A stretch of DNA of 64,000 nt from Octopus bimaculoides (lineage: Eukaryota): the NCBI RefSeq assembly GCF_001194135.2, contig NC_068982.1:32941423-33005422 (forward strand), given 5' to 3'. Below the pieces are notes generated by a model, which was not told the DNA's origin, did not search any database, and worked only from the letters and a program-made list of their open reading frames with translations. Below, one piece after another: positions 23,478 through 36,127 of the stretch (positions are counted from its first letter, which is position 1; each line of letters starts with the position of its first letter). The position numbers and the translations under genes were made by a program.

Positions 23478-23676
23478 GTGGCAGGCTGGCAGAATCGTTA
23501 GCACGCCGGGCAAAATGCTTAGAGACAGTTCGTCTGTCATTACGTTCCGAGTTCAAATTTCGCTGAGGTCGGCTTTGCTTTTCGGGGTCGATAACATTAG
23601 TAACTGTTGAGAATTGAGCTCAAGGTAATCGACTTACCCAATCTTGCTGGCTTTGTGCCAAAATTTGAAACCAGTA
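23478..23676 (+). mobile_element. SINE family 1
   Basis: GGCAGAATCGTTAGCACGCCGGGCAAAATGC head; tail TTGTGCCAAAATTTGAAACC. Confidence 0.9.
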
Positions 23677-25272
23677 TGAAGTACAGTTGATAGCGAAATT
23701 GATCGTACTAATCCTAATGGATTGATGTTTATGGTATTGACTAGAAGTAGAATCTCCGATTATTCTTCCAATATTTTAGTCTTTCATTAAATACTTCTCC
23801 ATTTTCCAATGAAATTATGATCTTCTACAATGACTTGTGTTTATGCGTATATGTGCATACGCGTGTATGTGTGGGATTCTGTCTATGTGTGCGTATTATA
23901 TCAAAAGTTGACAGTCTAATCTGAGTTTCACCTTTCACTACAGACATAAACTGTCCATTCAGTGTAAACTGTCGACTTTGATAAGAAAATTTATATCCAT
24001 CCACCCAACGTATTGAGATCTATATTAGATAATGTTTACACTATGTAAAATATATTTTAAAATTTAATATACTTTATAACCATTACGTTACGATATGAGC
24101 AGTCTCGAGTATAACCAACCGAAATTGCAAAGATAATCTGGAGCACGACTGAAGAAAGAAAACTCCGAATGACTCGTCCTTGTTTTCTTTGTATCGTCTA
24201 TCTGGATGTTTTTTTGTCCCTTTTTTGTATCACCTAACTGTCTGGATATTTCTTGTCCTATTTTGTCCTATTTTGTAAATTTTAAATATAAAACATATAG
24301 CGGCGTACGTACACTTTGGTCTCTTTTATGTAAGTATATATTTATCTAAATTTTGTACGACTCTATTCTTTCTAATATTTTATTCATTCCTTCTTTCTAT
24401 CAGCCCTTTCACGCTTACTTCGTTCATTCCACTCTTCGTTCTTTCGTTCCCCCTCTCTCACATTTCCTTGCCTTCTCTTCATGCTCACTTTCCCTCCTCT
24501 TTTCACTTCACTGTCTCCCTGTCATTTTTCTCGCCCCTCCTTAATTCTTCTGTCCCTCTGCCTCTACATCTCTCTCTTCTCTCCCCCACGTGACCGGTGT
24601 TCGGCCAAGCCTGAACTTTCTTTCTTGGTTCGGCCGCCGTCCGTGTAACATGTATATTCCCCACCGTGCCNNNNNNNNNNNNNNNNNNNNNNNNNNNNNN
24701 NNNNNNNNNNNNNNNNNNNNNNNNNNNNNNNNNNNNNNNNNNNNNNNNNNNNNNNNNNNNNNNNNNNNNNNNNNNNNNNNNNNNNNNNNNNNNNNNNNNN
24801 NNNNNNNNNNNNNNNNNNNNNNNNNNNNNNNNNNNNNNNNNNNNNNNNNNNNNNNNNNNNNNNNNNNNNNNNNNNNNNNNNNNNNNNNNNNNNNNNNNNN
24901 NNNNNNNNNNNNNNNNNNNNNNNNNNNNNNNNNNNNNNNNNNNNNNNNNNNNNNNNNNNNNNNNNNNNNNNNNNNNNNNNNNNNNNNNNNNNNNNNNNNN
25001 NNNNNNNNNNNNNNNNNNNNNNNNNNNNNNNNNNNNNNNNNNNNNNNNNNNNNNNNNNNNNNNNNNNNNNNNNNNNNNNNNNNNNNNNNNNNNNNNNNNN
25101 NNNNNNNNNNNNNNNNNNNNNNNNNNNNNNNNNNNNNNNNNNNNNNNNNNNNNNNNNNNNNNNNNNNNNNNNNNNNNNNNNNNNNNNNNNNNNNNNNNNN
25201 NNNNNNNNNNNNNNNNNNNNNNNNNNNNNNNNNNNNNNNNNNNNNNNNNNNNNNNNNNNNNNNNNNNNNNNN

Positions 25273-25316
<44 letters not shown>

Positions 25317-25698
25317 GCGTGTGTGTGTGTGTGTGTGTGCGTGTGTGTGTGTGTTTCTGTGTGTGTATATTTGTTTGTGTGTGTGTGTGTACTATAAGTA
25401 TTACGATAAACGAAAGTGTCCAATTGTATTTGGAACATCTATTGCGGAGTTTAAATCAACCACAATGGTGAAACGTACGCAGGGACAAACTATATGAGCT
25501 TCTATTTATCGTAATTTCCCGCACATTTCATCCGTACACTATAACTAGTAAAGCTACCAATATAGTAATAGCCAAACCACTATGACGGCAGCAGACTAGA
25601 TGATGATAATATACGTGGGGCTCTAAGCTGAACACTGGCTGTGGTACATCTAATTGTACACACAAGATATAGCACACACACACACACACACACACACA

Positions 25699-25750
<52 letters not shown>

Positions 25751-25789
25751 CACACTCTAAGTAGCAGAGAAATAAGCTGCAACATCGGA

Positions 25790-25962
25790 TGGGAGACGCA
25801 GGAAGTTTACCAAAAAACGCACACCATCTGTAAGAACTAGATTTTGCATTTGGTCAGTCAGGGGCTATAGTAGAAGACACTTTCCCAAGGTGCCAGGCAG
25901 CGGGACTGAACCCGAAACCATGCGGTTGGGAAGCAAGCTTCTTACCAGACAGCCACGCCTAT
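25790..25962 (-). mobile_element. SINE family 2, head half
   Basis: GGCTATAGTAGAAGACAC..CCAAGGTGCC..GGGACTGAACCCG..AAGCAAGCTTCTTACC. Confidence 0.85.
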
Positions 25963-26095
25963 ATATGTTATTGATGTCATATATTTAATGTACGTGCTTC
26001 GTTTAAACGCTTTTTTGTTGCAGTATATCGTCCACTGAAAGTCCCTTTAAGATGTAGAGGTTTTAAAAACACTGTATGCCTCAGTATGTCTGTGA

Positions 26096-26142
<47 letters not shown>

Positions 26143-26474
26143 CGTGCGTGTGTGTGTGAGAGAGCGTGTACATGCGTACACGTAAAAACGGCACAAATGG
26201 AACGAGGGGAATAAGAGACAAGAGAGTTGGGTAATGTGAAAGATTAGAACAGCTAGACAAAAACTTGAAAAGTGATTGATAAAATGTAAACACGAAGTAA
26301 CATACAAACTGTTCACAACAATAAGTTGTATACCGAGAAAAGGAAAAAAAGAACAGAAGTAGACCGACGGACATTTCGAGTAGAATCTATATCAAAATAG
26401 AGTAGGAAAAAAATAAGCATGTGTGTAACGTTTGAATACATGCTGTAAATGTATACGTGTATGTATGTATGCAT

Positions 26475-26511
<37 letters not shown>

Positions 26512-27578
26512 NNNNNNNNNNNNNNNNNNNNNNNNNNNNNNNNNNNNNNNNNNNNNNNNNNNNNNNNNNNNNNNNNNNNNNNNNNNNNNNNNNNNNNNNN
26601 NNNNNNNNNNNNNNNNNNNNNNNNNNNNNNNNNNNNNNNNNNNNNNNNNNNNNNNNNNNNNNNNNNNNNNNNNNNNNNNNNNNNNNNNNNNNNNNNNNNN
26701 NNNNNNNNNNNNNNNNNNNNNNNNNNNNNNNNNNNNNNNNNNNNNNNNNNNNNNNNNNNNNNNNNNNNNNNNNNNNNNNNNNNNNNNNNNNNNNNNNNNN
26801 NNNNNNNNNNNNNNNNNNNNNNNNNNNNNTATATATAAAATGTTGTTTAAAAAGGAACGAGACGAATAGGATGTCTACAAAACTAGGGAACAAATACAAC
26901 TGGTGAATGGACAAATTTTGATTATTGTATTGATATGGTTGGTTTATAATTAAAAATGAAACTTGACATACAGGTAAGTATAGAAAAATTCAGCAGACCA
27001 TAACATTTGTTGGTCTCTCCAGTTAATCAAAATACACGGTCTTGCGATTATAATAAAGCATAAAACACACACAGACACACATGCACACACACACACATGT
27101 GGGTTGTGTGTGTGTGTGTATCTGCGCGTATGTGTACGTATGTGTGTACCTGTGCGTATGCGTGTTTGTGTGTGTGTACCTGCGTGTATGTGTGTGTTTG
27201 TGTGTGTGCGCGCGCGATCGCAACCCTCTCAGTGAATAAACGACTAGTTTGCAAACATACGTCCACAGACTCACACACGGAGACACTCATATATGCACAT
27301 AGTAAAACATGCATACAAACACATACACATGTATTCATACGCACATATACGTATGCATGTGCTTATGTATGTATGTAATCGGTTTTATTTCAAAATTCGT
27401 TGCCAATAGAGAAAGAGCTGATTTCTAACCTAGATCCAAGGCTCTTTCATTGGAATTTCAACAACATCAACAGGTTATTTTTGCATGTAAGTATGTATAT
27501 GTACAGTATTTGGAGTCAGTGTACGTGCTGATTTGTGTGTTTTGGTTTATGTATGTATTTTCATACATATAGTTGCAC

Positions 27579-27633
27579 ATGTATGTATGTATGTATGTAT
27601 GTATGTATGTATGTATGTATGCGTGTATGTATG
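27579..27633. repeat. (TATG)n tract at the 3' end of the R4-type LINE
   Basis: Direct reading of the sequence. Confidence 0.95.
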
Positions 27634-27634
27634 T

Positions 27635-29200
27635 GCAGATTTGCATCTTTTACGAATGTATTCTCATGCATATAGCTGCATATCTAAACATGCTCATATA
27701 TATTTAAATGATAAACTTCTGGAAAGTTTTACAGATTTTTACAGTTCTAGTGACGGATTGGATTTGTAGTCTTCAAATCAGCTTTCTCCTTTCTGGTTTT
27801 GGGAAGCGTAATTTCTCAAGATTGGTATATAGGCAGTGTGTTACATATCCCAGGGCCCCAATAATTACAGGTATAAACCTGAACTTGTGATCTGGATAGA
27901 GTAACTGCAGATTTCTCAATATTTCAGCATAGGTGTTCTCTTTTTCAGTGATCTTCAGTTTTATGCTGACATCCACTGGGCAGCTAATTTCCACAACTGT
28001 GTACGGTTTCTCTTCTCTATTCCAAATCATTATATCAGGTCTGTTGTGCTTACATTTTATTGAGGTCTTCACTGGTACATTCCACCAGTATTCCTTTTTA
28101 TTACGAGTGTCTATGGTTTCTACCAAATTGTGGGTTCTTATTTCTTTGTCCTCGGGATTATCCTTCCGACGGATTTCATTATAGAGTGTCCTATCTACAA
28201 CGTCATGTCTCATCGGTAGATAATACCGTAATAACATTTTCGGACAGCTGCTTATGTGATTGATATCCTCGGTGTGAACACCACAAGTCTGCATCGGTTG
28301 TCACACTTTACGGCTTCACCTGCATCTCTATCCGTTTTGTGCATCGGGTTGATATTTCCTGTTCCTGGATTCCATACCCTTCAAAGTGGGCGGTAGTTAT
28401 CCGGTTATTGGTCCATGATAAACTGCTTCGATGATCGATGTTACTATCCTCACGGAGCTTTCTAGCAACATATCCATACATAGTCTTTCTGCTCATATAG
28501 GCTCATCCTTTCATCTGACGATACGTTATGGTAGAGTTGTGCGACTTCTAGGTTATCAGACAAAGAGTGTTGCTCAAGGAGCTGCCTTCCAAGTCTTATG
28601 ATGTTATCAGCCTCATGTACGCAAACTTGGTCAAGGGATGCACCTCGATACTTGGTAGTTAAAAGATGTTGCTGAAGAGATATGATACGACATTCGATGT
28701 TAAGTTTCTTCTGCCTTATTTTCGTTTTAGGTAGAGGCGGTCTACACTGTTTATGTGGAAATTATGTGTGCTTGTTAGTATTTTTCGGGTTTTCAAATCA
28801 ATGGCTCGGAACTCATCAAGCGTCCACTCAAGCAGTCCAAATGTTGGTATGAGTACTGGCACTGAAAACACATTGTGGGCCACTTTTTTATTGAATGCAG
28901 AGAATTCTGAAGTCCAAATGTTCTTTATTCGGCTGTAATATTCATTAGTGACATGTGTTTTGTTATAGGTACCACTGTAAGATATATTTTCATCCACCCC
29001 TATATACCTGTGGCATTCTTCGTCAGATATAGGGGTAACAGTCAAACTATTAATGGAGATGTTACTAGTCTGGTTTATAGTTTTCCCCTTTTTCACAACC
29101 ATGTAATAACATTTATCCTGACCAAACTCCAACCCTGCATCTTTTGAGAATGTTGTAACTAGGTCAAGGCTCTTTTTCATCTCTTTTTCATCTTTTGCTT
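27635..29200 (-). mobile_element. 5'-truncated R4/Dong-clade non-LTR retrotransposon (RT C-terminus, CCHC finger, restriction-like endonuclease), decayed
   Basis: Late RT motifs GLEFGQDKC, YIGVDE, DLKTRK, VDRLYLKRK; HFEGY..IQEQEISTR; C..C..EDINHISSCP knuckle; RLE HNRPDIMIW..VVEISCP..EKENTY..IPVIIGALG. Confidence 0.88.
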
Positions 29201-29221
29201 TTTTATATGTATATGTATATG

Positions 29222-29345
29222 TATGCATATTTTTACTTTTATATACATATTTATTTATATAAATATATGCATATTTTTACTTTTACATACATATTTATTT
29301 ATATTAATTGCATATCTTTTACTTTTTTATATTTATATTTAATTC
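29222..29345. repeat. AT-rich minisatellite, about 45-bp unit x3
   Basis: ATGCATATTTTTACTTTT(T)A(T/C)ATACATATTTATTTATAT repeated with decay. Confidence 0.75.
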
Positions 29346-29399
29346 TTATTTACATTTGCAAATCACATATCGTACTTTTCCTTTTCTGTGTATGAATGA

Positions 29400-31300
29400 G
29401 CTACTCCGCGTCGGTCAGCGGAGTGATATTTGATCACTTTATGGAGTGTTTGAGTGTCGGTTTGGTGTCTGGAATGGGATAGCTTACCTCATGGGCAGGT
29501 AGAAGCTCTTTAACCTTGGTTGGTAATCTACCTAGGAGAAGGAAATCTCCGAAATAAAACCTGAAGCCTTGGAAGTCCCTGATTTTGTCAATTTTCATGT
29601 CACACCGGTGAAAGTCTTCGTGAGCCAATATGTAGGGGTAGTGAAGTGCAAGCTACACCCACTGAAAATTATTCATTTGCACAGGTACTTCCTGTACACG
29701 AAATCTTAGTGAAATCATTGAATTGATTTGTTGGCAGAAACCTATAAATGCACTTGTAACTTACTCTAAAATATCTCAAACCGATTCAGTAAATGGAAAG
29801 AAAAAAAAGGCTTGGAAACGTCAGGGGAACATGTCTGGATCGGCAGGTGTTCCTGCGTATCACAGGCTGGGCCTTGTCGTAATCCTGCTACTGTGGTCAA
29901 ACAATCTTCAAGAAAAAATAAAAATAAACATCCCTTGAATATCGGTTGGTGGAATGTGCGCATACTTCTTGATGATAATTTCAACAAGAGGCCAAAAAAG
30001 CGTACTGCACTTACTGTAGGTAAGTTTAAGAAATATCCCCTTGATATAGTTGCGCTCTCTGAAATTCGTCTCTCTGGTGAGGGTCAAGTAAATGAACCTA
30101 CTTATGGATATACTATGATTTGGAGAGGCCTACCTAAGGGTCAGCGTAGAGAATCTGGTGTTGGGTTTGCTTTCAAGAATACATTAGTGTCCTCCATTGT
30201 AGAGCTTCCAATTGGTATAGCTGTCCGGATCATGTCATGCTGTATTAAACTGACAAAAGGTAGGTATCTTACCGTTGTCAGTATTTATGCACCAACAATG
30301 TTCCATTTTTATGAAACTGTAGGACAGTTTCATGAGGATCTAGCACAATTATTGAGGAAAGTGCCAATTTCTGACAAGCTGGTCATATTGGGGGATTTCA
30401 ATGCAAGAGTTGGAGAGGACTATGTAATAAAATTGGAGTAGCTGTTTTGACGTTTTGTACTGAGAATAATCTGGTTGTCACCAAAACTCAGTTTAAGCAG
30501 AAAAATAAATATGAAACCACCTGGATGCACCCAAGATCTAAGTGCTGGCATCTCATAGATTATATTCTGGTGACAAAATGTTTGAACTCTTAAATATATT
30601 AATTTGTCATTGCTGGAGAACTGAGAAAGTACCTCAAGACTGGACTGATGCCATTTTAGTCTCCTTGTATAAATCGGGTCCAAAGGATCTGTGTGGTAAT
30701 TTTCGGGGGATTTCGCTTTTATTTGTGGTTGGAAAGGTACTTGCCCGCATTTTGTTATGAGGTTTAAATACCTTCATAGTTCTAGATATAGTGTCTGAGT
30801 CTCAGTGTATTTTTCGTTCCTCCAGGGGCACAGCTGATTGTATCTTTACTATCAGACAATTACAAGAAAAGTGTATTGAACAGAATCTTGCTCTGTACCA
30901 TTGCTTTGTTGATTTGAGCAAAGCATTCGATACTGTTAATCGAAATACTCTGTGGCTAATTCCAAGGAAAATAGGTTGCTCAGATAAATTTGCAAACATG
31001 ATCAGGGCTTGGCATCAAAATATGAAAACTAGAGTTAACTTTGGAGGTAGGCTCTCTGAATCTGTTGCCGTAGAAAATGGAATAAAGCAAGGAGACCTTA
31101 ATGCACCCACCTTCTTTGCAATATACTTTGCTGTTGTGTTGTCACATGCTTTTCAAAACTCTAAGGAGGGTATTTACATAAAATATCGAACAACGAGAAT
31201 GTTTTTAATCTGACCAGACTGAAATTCAAGACCAAGGTTTTTACTTCACTCATTTGGGAACTTTTATACGCTGACGACTGCGATTTTGTCAGTCATTCTG
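29400..31300 (+). mobile_element. RTE-clade LINE retaining 5' UTR, APE and part of RT; internally deleted and 3'-truncated
   Basis: APE motifs WNVRIL, DIVALSEIR, SGVGF, VSIYAPT, ILGDFNARVG; RT motifs NFRGISLL, SESQCIFR, FVDLSKAFDTV, GIKQGD..AP, LLYADD at 31267-31278. Confidence 0.93.
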
Positions 31301-31338
31301 AAAAAATTACGGGCCTTGTGCCTAGAGTAGAAAAGAAA
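31297..31338 (+). mobile_element. SINE family 1, 3' tail only, capping the RTE
   Basis: AAATTACGGGCCTTGTGCCTAGAGTAGAAAAG matches the tails of other copies. Confidence 0.7.
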
Positions 31339-31484
31339 ATGTCATTTGCTCAAAATACTTCCAGTACATGGGGTTAAACACATACATTCTGGTTGCGAAG
31401 CGAACACCTTAATCTTTCGGTCATATTGTGGCAATACAAACCCACACACACACATTCACACGCACACATATATGTATATAGATG

Positions 31485-31486
31485 AA

Positions 31487-31576
<90 letters not shown>

Positions 31577-31600
31577 GATGGATGGATAGATAGACAGATA
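31485..31600. repeat. (AGAT)n microsatellite
   Basis: More than 20 units. Confidence 0.97.
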
Positions 31601-32289
31601 AGTTCATTGTACTTAGTCATAAATGTACATTTATATCGTAAGTATTATATTACATTAAATAGTTAACGATAAAAGCTTCATTCACTTATCTGTAGTTCTT
31701 TTGTATTTGCGCATACGTTCTAAACTCATAGTTATAAATGCTTGTATGTTACAAGATATGCGTGAGTGCATATATGTGTGTGCGTGTGTGCATGTGTGTG
31801 CGTGTGTGTGTGTGTGTGCGTGCAAGCATGTGCGTATGTGTGTGTGTATATATGTGTGCGTACATTTATACAAGCAGTAATCCTCTGCGTTGCGGCGTTC
31901 CTGAAAATGGTGTCGCAACGCAAGGCCCTGTAACACGAAAATAATTTTTGTATTGATTTTCATGCTATAAAGTAATAATGTGTTCCGACAGATTTTTTGG
32001 GGGGAAAAAAAGATAAAGGAAAAGAAAAGAAAACAAAAAAGCAACTCGACTGGTTTTATGCATGAAAATAACATTTTAAATCATACACAGTAGAATATAT
32101 ATACAATACATAAGACATATGAAGAGAAATATGTTATTAAAAATTAAGAATTTCAATATCTGGTTGGGTACTTTTTGATTACAAAATTTGTTGACTAATC
32201 CGTAAAGGATACTGGTTGTAGAATGAATGTTATTAAGAGGATTAGAGACGTCTTTTGTCTTATACTCCATCATCATCTGATTTAGAAAC

Positions 32290-33720
32290 GACGAACTTAT
32301 CCAAAATTGTTTGATGTTTGTGGCCCATCATCTCTCTTCTTACAGCTCAGTGTACGAATCGAAGTCATTATAAAATCCTCTTGCAATTTTTATGTTACGT
32401 TTTCATTTAAGATTGTTGTGCCAAGACTTTCGCAATATTCTTTCCAGTCACTTCAAGAAGTGGTGGAATTTCCGTATTCTCATCTGTATTCTCAGCTGGC
32501 TCTTGTTCTATCTTCATCTGCTTCTTTCTCTATGGGGCACTACCAACTAATCTACACTATTCTCTGACTTCTTCAAATACTGCATCATTTGCAATTGTCT
32601 CAATATATTTCTGAATTTCGATGTAGATTTTCTCCTTGTGGAAAAATTGTAAAGTTACAGATTCAGTGTGGCCATATATTTTCCCAATCCTCATTTAAAC
32701 TTGAGTGCTCCACTTCATCCCATAAACCAGTTATAGTATCAACAGCATCTACTGCATTGAACTTCGTCCTAGAGACTCTAACTGCAGGCTTATCCTCCCT
32801 ATCAGTTACTTTCATAAAGTGTTTGAAATTTCTCAGCAATATGTGTTTGAGTTAGCTACCACATTTTGATCCATTGACTAGACGAAAGAAGTTGTACTTT
32901 GGGAGGTATATTCTCTTCTTATTTCTTTATTGCCCACAAGGGTATATTCTATTCTAACATCATCAGAAATTTCATTTGAGTTTACTGGGACGGCTTGGTA
33001 CATTATCTAGAAGGACCAATGATTTGTTGGGAATATTGTCTGACACTGTACCTTTCTACAGCAGGATAATATAGCTTTGTAAACCACTCTTCGAAAAGGT
33101 TAAATTAAGCTTTATGCAACCTTACGAAGCCCTTGGATTCGGGAGTGATTCAAAAGTAAGAGCTTTTATTTCATATTTCCAACGGCATTTACTCCCTGAA
33201 GAAGCAGCAGCAAGAGATGTTCGGAAGCCCTGAATCATCTTGGTGTTGATTTTTCTTCTCAAGTAATATAAGTTCTAATAGAGATGAGCTTCCAAAAAAG
33301 AGTAGTTTCATCAATATTGTGTACTAGCTCTGGTGTGTATCAGTAACCACTATTTTTTTTTCGGCTGCTCAGAATAATCAGTAAGGGCTTTGTATTAGCA
33401 CTAGCCATTTCAAGAGGCAATTTTATGTTGTTCAAATTTAAGGGCTTCTTAAATCTTTCAAACCAGCCTTTACTAACCAAAAAAGGTTCTAAATTATAAG
33501 TTTCACTTACCTTTTTCTTCAAATCGTTACAAAAGCACTCGACTTAATTTTCTTTTTCTTATCACATATTGTTCACACCGTAGAAGTTGGAAACTTAAAT
33601 GATTTGGTAATATAACTGACTTTTTCTCCCGCATCCAACCCTTTTAAGACATCAAGTTTAATATCCATTTATCCCTCAACAGTTCTTTTCCGCACTTCCG
33701 CCTTCAGTTCCACTTCATGG
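32290..33720 (-). pseudogene. Tigger/pogo (CENP-B-like HTH plus DDE) transposase remnant
   Basis: N-terminal DIKLDVLKGLDAGEK..STV; FLVSKGWFERFKK..LNNIK..EMASAN; NIDETTLFWK; LDNVPS.P; LP..TTS..MDQNVVA. Many stops; no clear TIRs found. Confidence 0.85.
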
Positions 33721-33791
33721 TTTCTTTCCAAATATCTTGAACCGTAAGTAAATTCATCAGCGCATACACAAAACACTTGCATACATGCATA

Positions 33792-33832
<41 letters not shown>

Positions 33833-35163
33833 ATAGATGGATGGATTGGTGCAAGCATGCATGTATATATGTTTTGTAATTACAGTTTTTCAAATTGTTA
33901 ACTATATTGGTGTAATATAACACGCTGAGAAGTGGGTTTTTGACAAAGACGAATATGTAGGCTTCAATTTATGCGAGTTTCCGTGTCCCGAAATTACTAG
34001 TTTTAATTCACAATCACCTTAAGAGCGAAAACCCGAAACCTGAAGCAGTCGCAACGCGTGAGATGATTGTATAGACACTGGTACAAACATTATCTTCGTG
34101 CATACATACCTAAACATACACGCTTATACGTGTGCTTTTGTTGGAATGTAACATTAAATATCTAAATATATATTTAGGATTTTGAGATCTAAAAAGTAAA
34201 GAAACGAAACTTATGCACGTATTCATGTACTAGATATGTTTATGAGTGTACGTGCGTATAGGATTGTGTGTGCGCGTATGTGTAAAACGTAGCGCGCCTG
34301 GTTGCGTGATCATGTTTTATGTATGTATGTATGTATGTATGTATGTATGTATGTATGCATGTATGTATGTATGTGTAAGTAGACATGAAAGCAAACACAG
34401 ATGTAAATCTTTAATTCAAATGACATCTCTAAATCAAAAATATATTATCTCTGGCGCTGACTTTTATGAGGTGGTCCAATTAAACTTTTGTATTTATCTC
34501 TCCCATTTGTATAAACGATCCTCCGCCTTTTTTCCCTTTCGTCTTTCTAGACAAAGAATATACAAAACAAGAAAAGCGGAGACAGGAAGATAAATTTTTA
34601 TAGACTTCAACATTCTGACAACTGTCTTATTTCTTAAGAAAGGCAATTTTTCTTTCTTTTTTTTTTGTTTCCACTATCTTGAAATATACGCTTTAACACA
34701 AGAACACACACAAGGTGCGATAAATATGTTGATTTCTATTGAATGTGGAATTGTTTTTGGCAAGAAAATTTGCTTTATTCTCTATACACGCGGCTCACAA
34801 CTTCTCTAAATTCATACATAGGTTAATAAGACACACCTGTTTATTTGACAGCTGATGTCTAGGTTGATGAAAGTGTATGAACATATAAAAAATCATTTGT
34901 GATTAAATAGCGAAGTAGTCAAACAAAAGCAAATCTATGTTAATACTTTAATAATTAGGCGGTAATTGCATTCCTTCAACCCTTTTCCTAACCTCCAAAA
35001 CACATCAGCTTGGAATTTTTATTCAATTCATATTTTACCTCTAGAGACAGCTGTACACTAAATAGATTTAACACTGCTTGCCTTTATCTTCTGGGTATAC
35101 GATGCTTGACGGATATTCGAGGATTCGTAAAGGTTTCAAATTCGAATAAGTTCGCATACTTAT

Positions 35164-35323
35164 AAGCGTAGACATGGCTGTGTGATTAATAAGTTCGCTT
35201 TGCAGCCACGTGGTTTAGAGTTCAGTCTCACCACGCGGTATTTTGCATAAGTATCTTCTACTATAGCTCCAGACTGACTTGTGCCTTGTGAGAGAAAATA
35301 GTAGACGGATACTTTAGACGGAA

Positions 35324-35372
<49 letters not shown>

Positions 35373-35849
35373 NNNNNNNNNNNNNNNNNNNNNNNNNNNN
35401 NNNNNNNNNNNNNNNNNNNNNNNNNNNNNNNNNNNNNNNNNNNNNNNNNNNNNNNNNNNNNNNNNNNNNNNNNNNNNNNNNNNNNNNNNNNNNNNNNNNN
35501 NNNNNNNNNNNNNNNNNNNNNNNNNNNNNNNNNNNNNNNNNNNNNNNNNNNNNNNNNNNNNNNNNNNNNNNNNNNNNNNNNNNNNNNNNNNNNNNNNNNN
35601 NNNNNNNNNNNNNNNNNNNNNNNNNNNNNNNNNNNNNNNNNNNNNNNNNNNNNNNNNNNNNNNNNNNNNNNNNNNNNNNNNNNNNNNNNNNNNNNNNNNN
35701 NNNNNNNNNNNNNNNNNNNNNNNNNNNNNNNNNNNNNNNNNNNNNNNNNNNNNNNNNNNNNNNNNNNNNNNNNNNNNNNNNNNNNNNNNNNNNNNNNNNN
35801 NNNNNNNNNNNNNNNNNNNNNNNNNNNNNNNNNNNNNNNNNNNNNNNNN

Positions 35850-35906
<57 letters not shown>

Positions 35907-36127
35907 CGTGCGTGCGTGTGTGTGTGTGTGTGTCCGTCTGACTGTCCACCCAACATTGCCTGACAACCGATGCTGTCGTGTTTACGACTCCGTCACCTAG
36001 CGGTTCGGTACAAGAGACCGATAGAATAAGTACTAGGCTTACAAAGAATAAGTCCTGTGGTTGATTTGTTCGACTAAAGGCGGTGCTCCAGCATGGGCGG
36101 AGTCAAATGACTGAAACAAATAAAAGA
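35164..36127 (+). mobile_element. SINE family 2, full length, with a long internal (TG)n and gap
   Basis: Head at 35164-35327, microsatellite/gap, 3' body at 35930-36127 ending GACTGAAACAAATAAAAGA. Confidence 0.9.

Noticed and set aside
24140-24200. Hammerhead-like CTGAAGA..CGAA motif
   Set aside because: Lacks GAAA, has no stem II, and has no stem I partner; probably part of an unclassified repeat.
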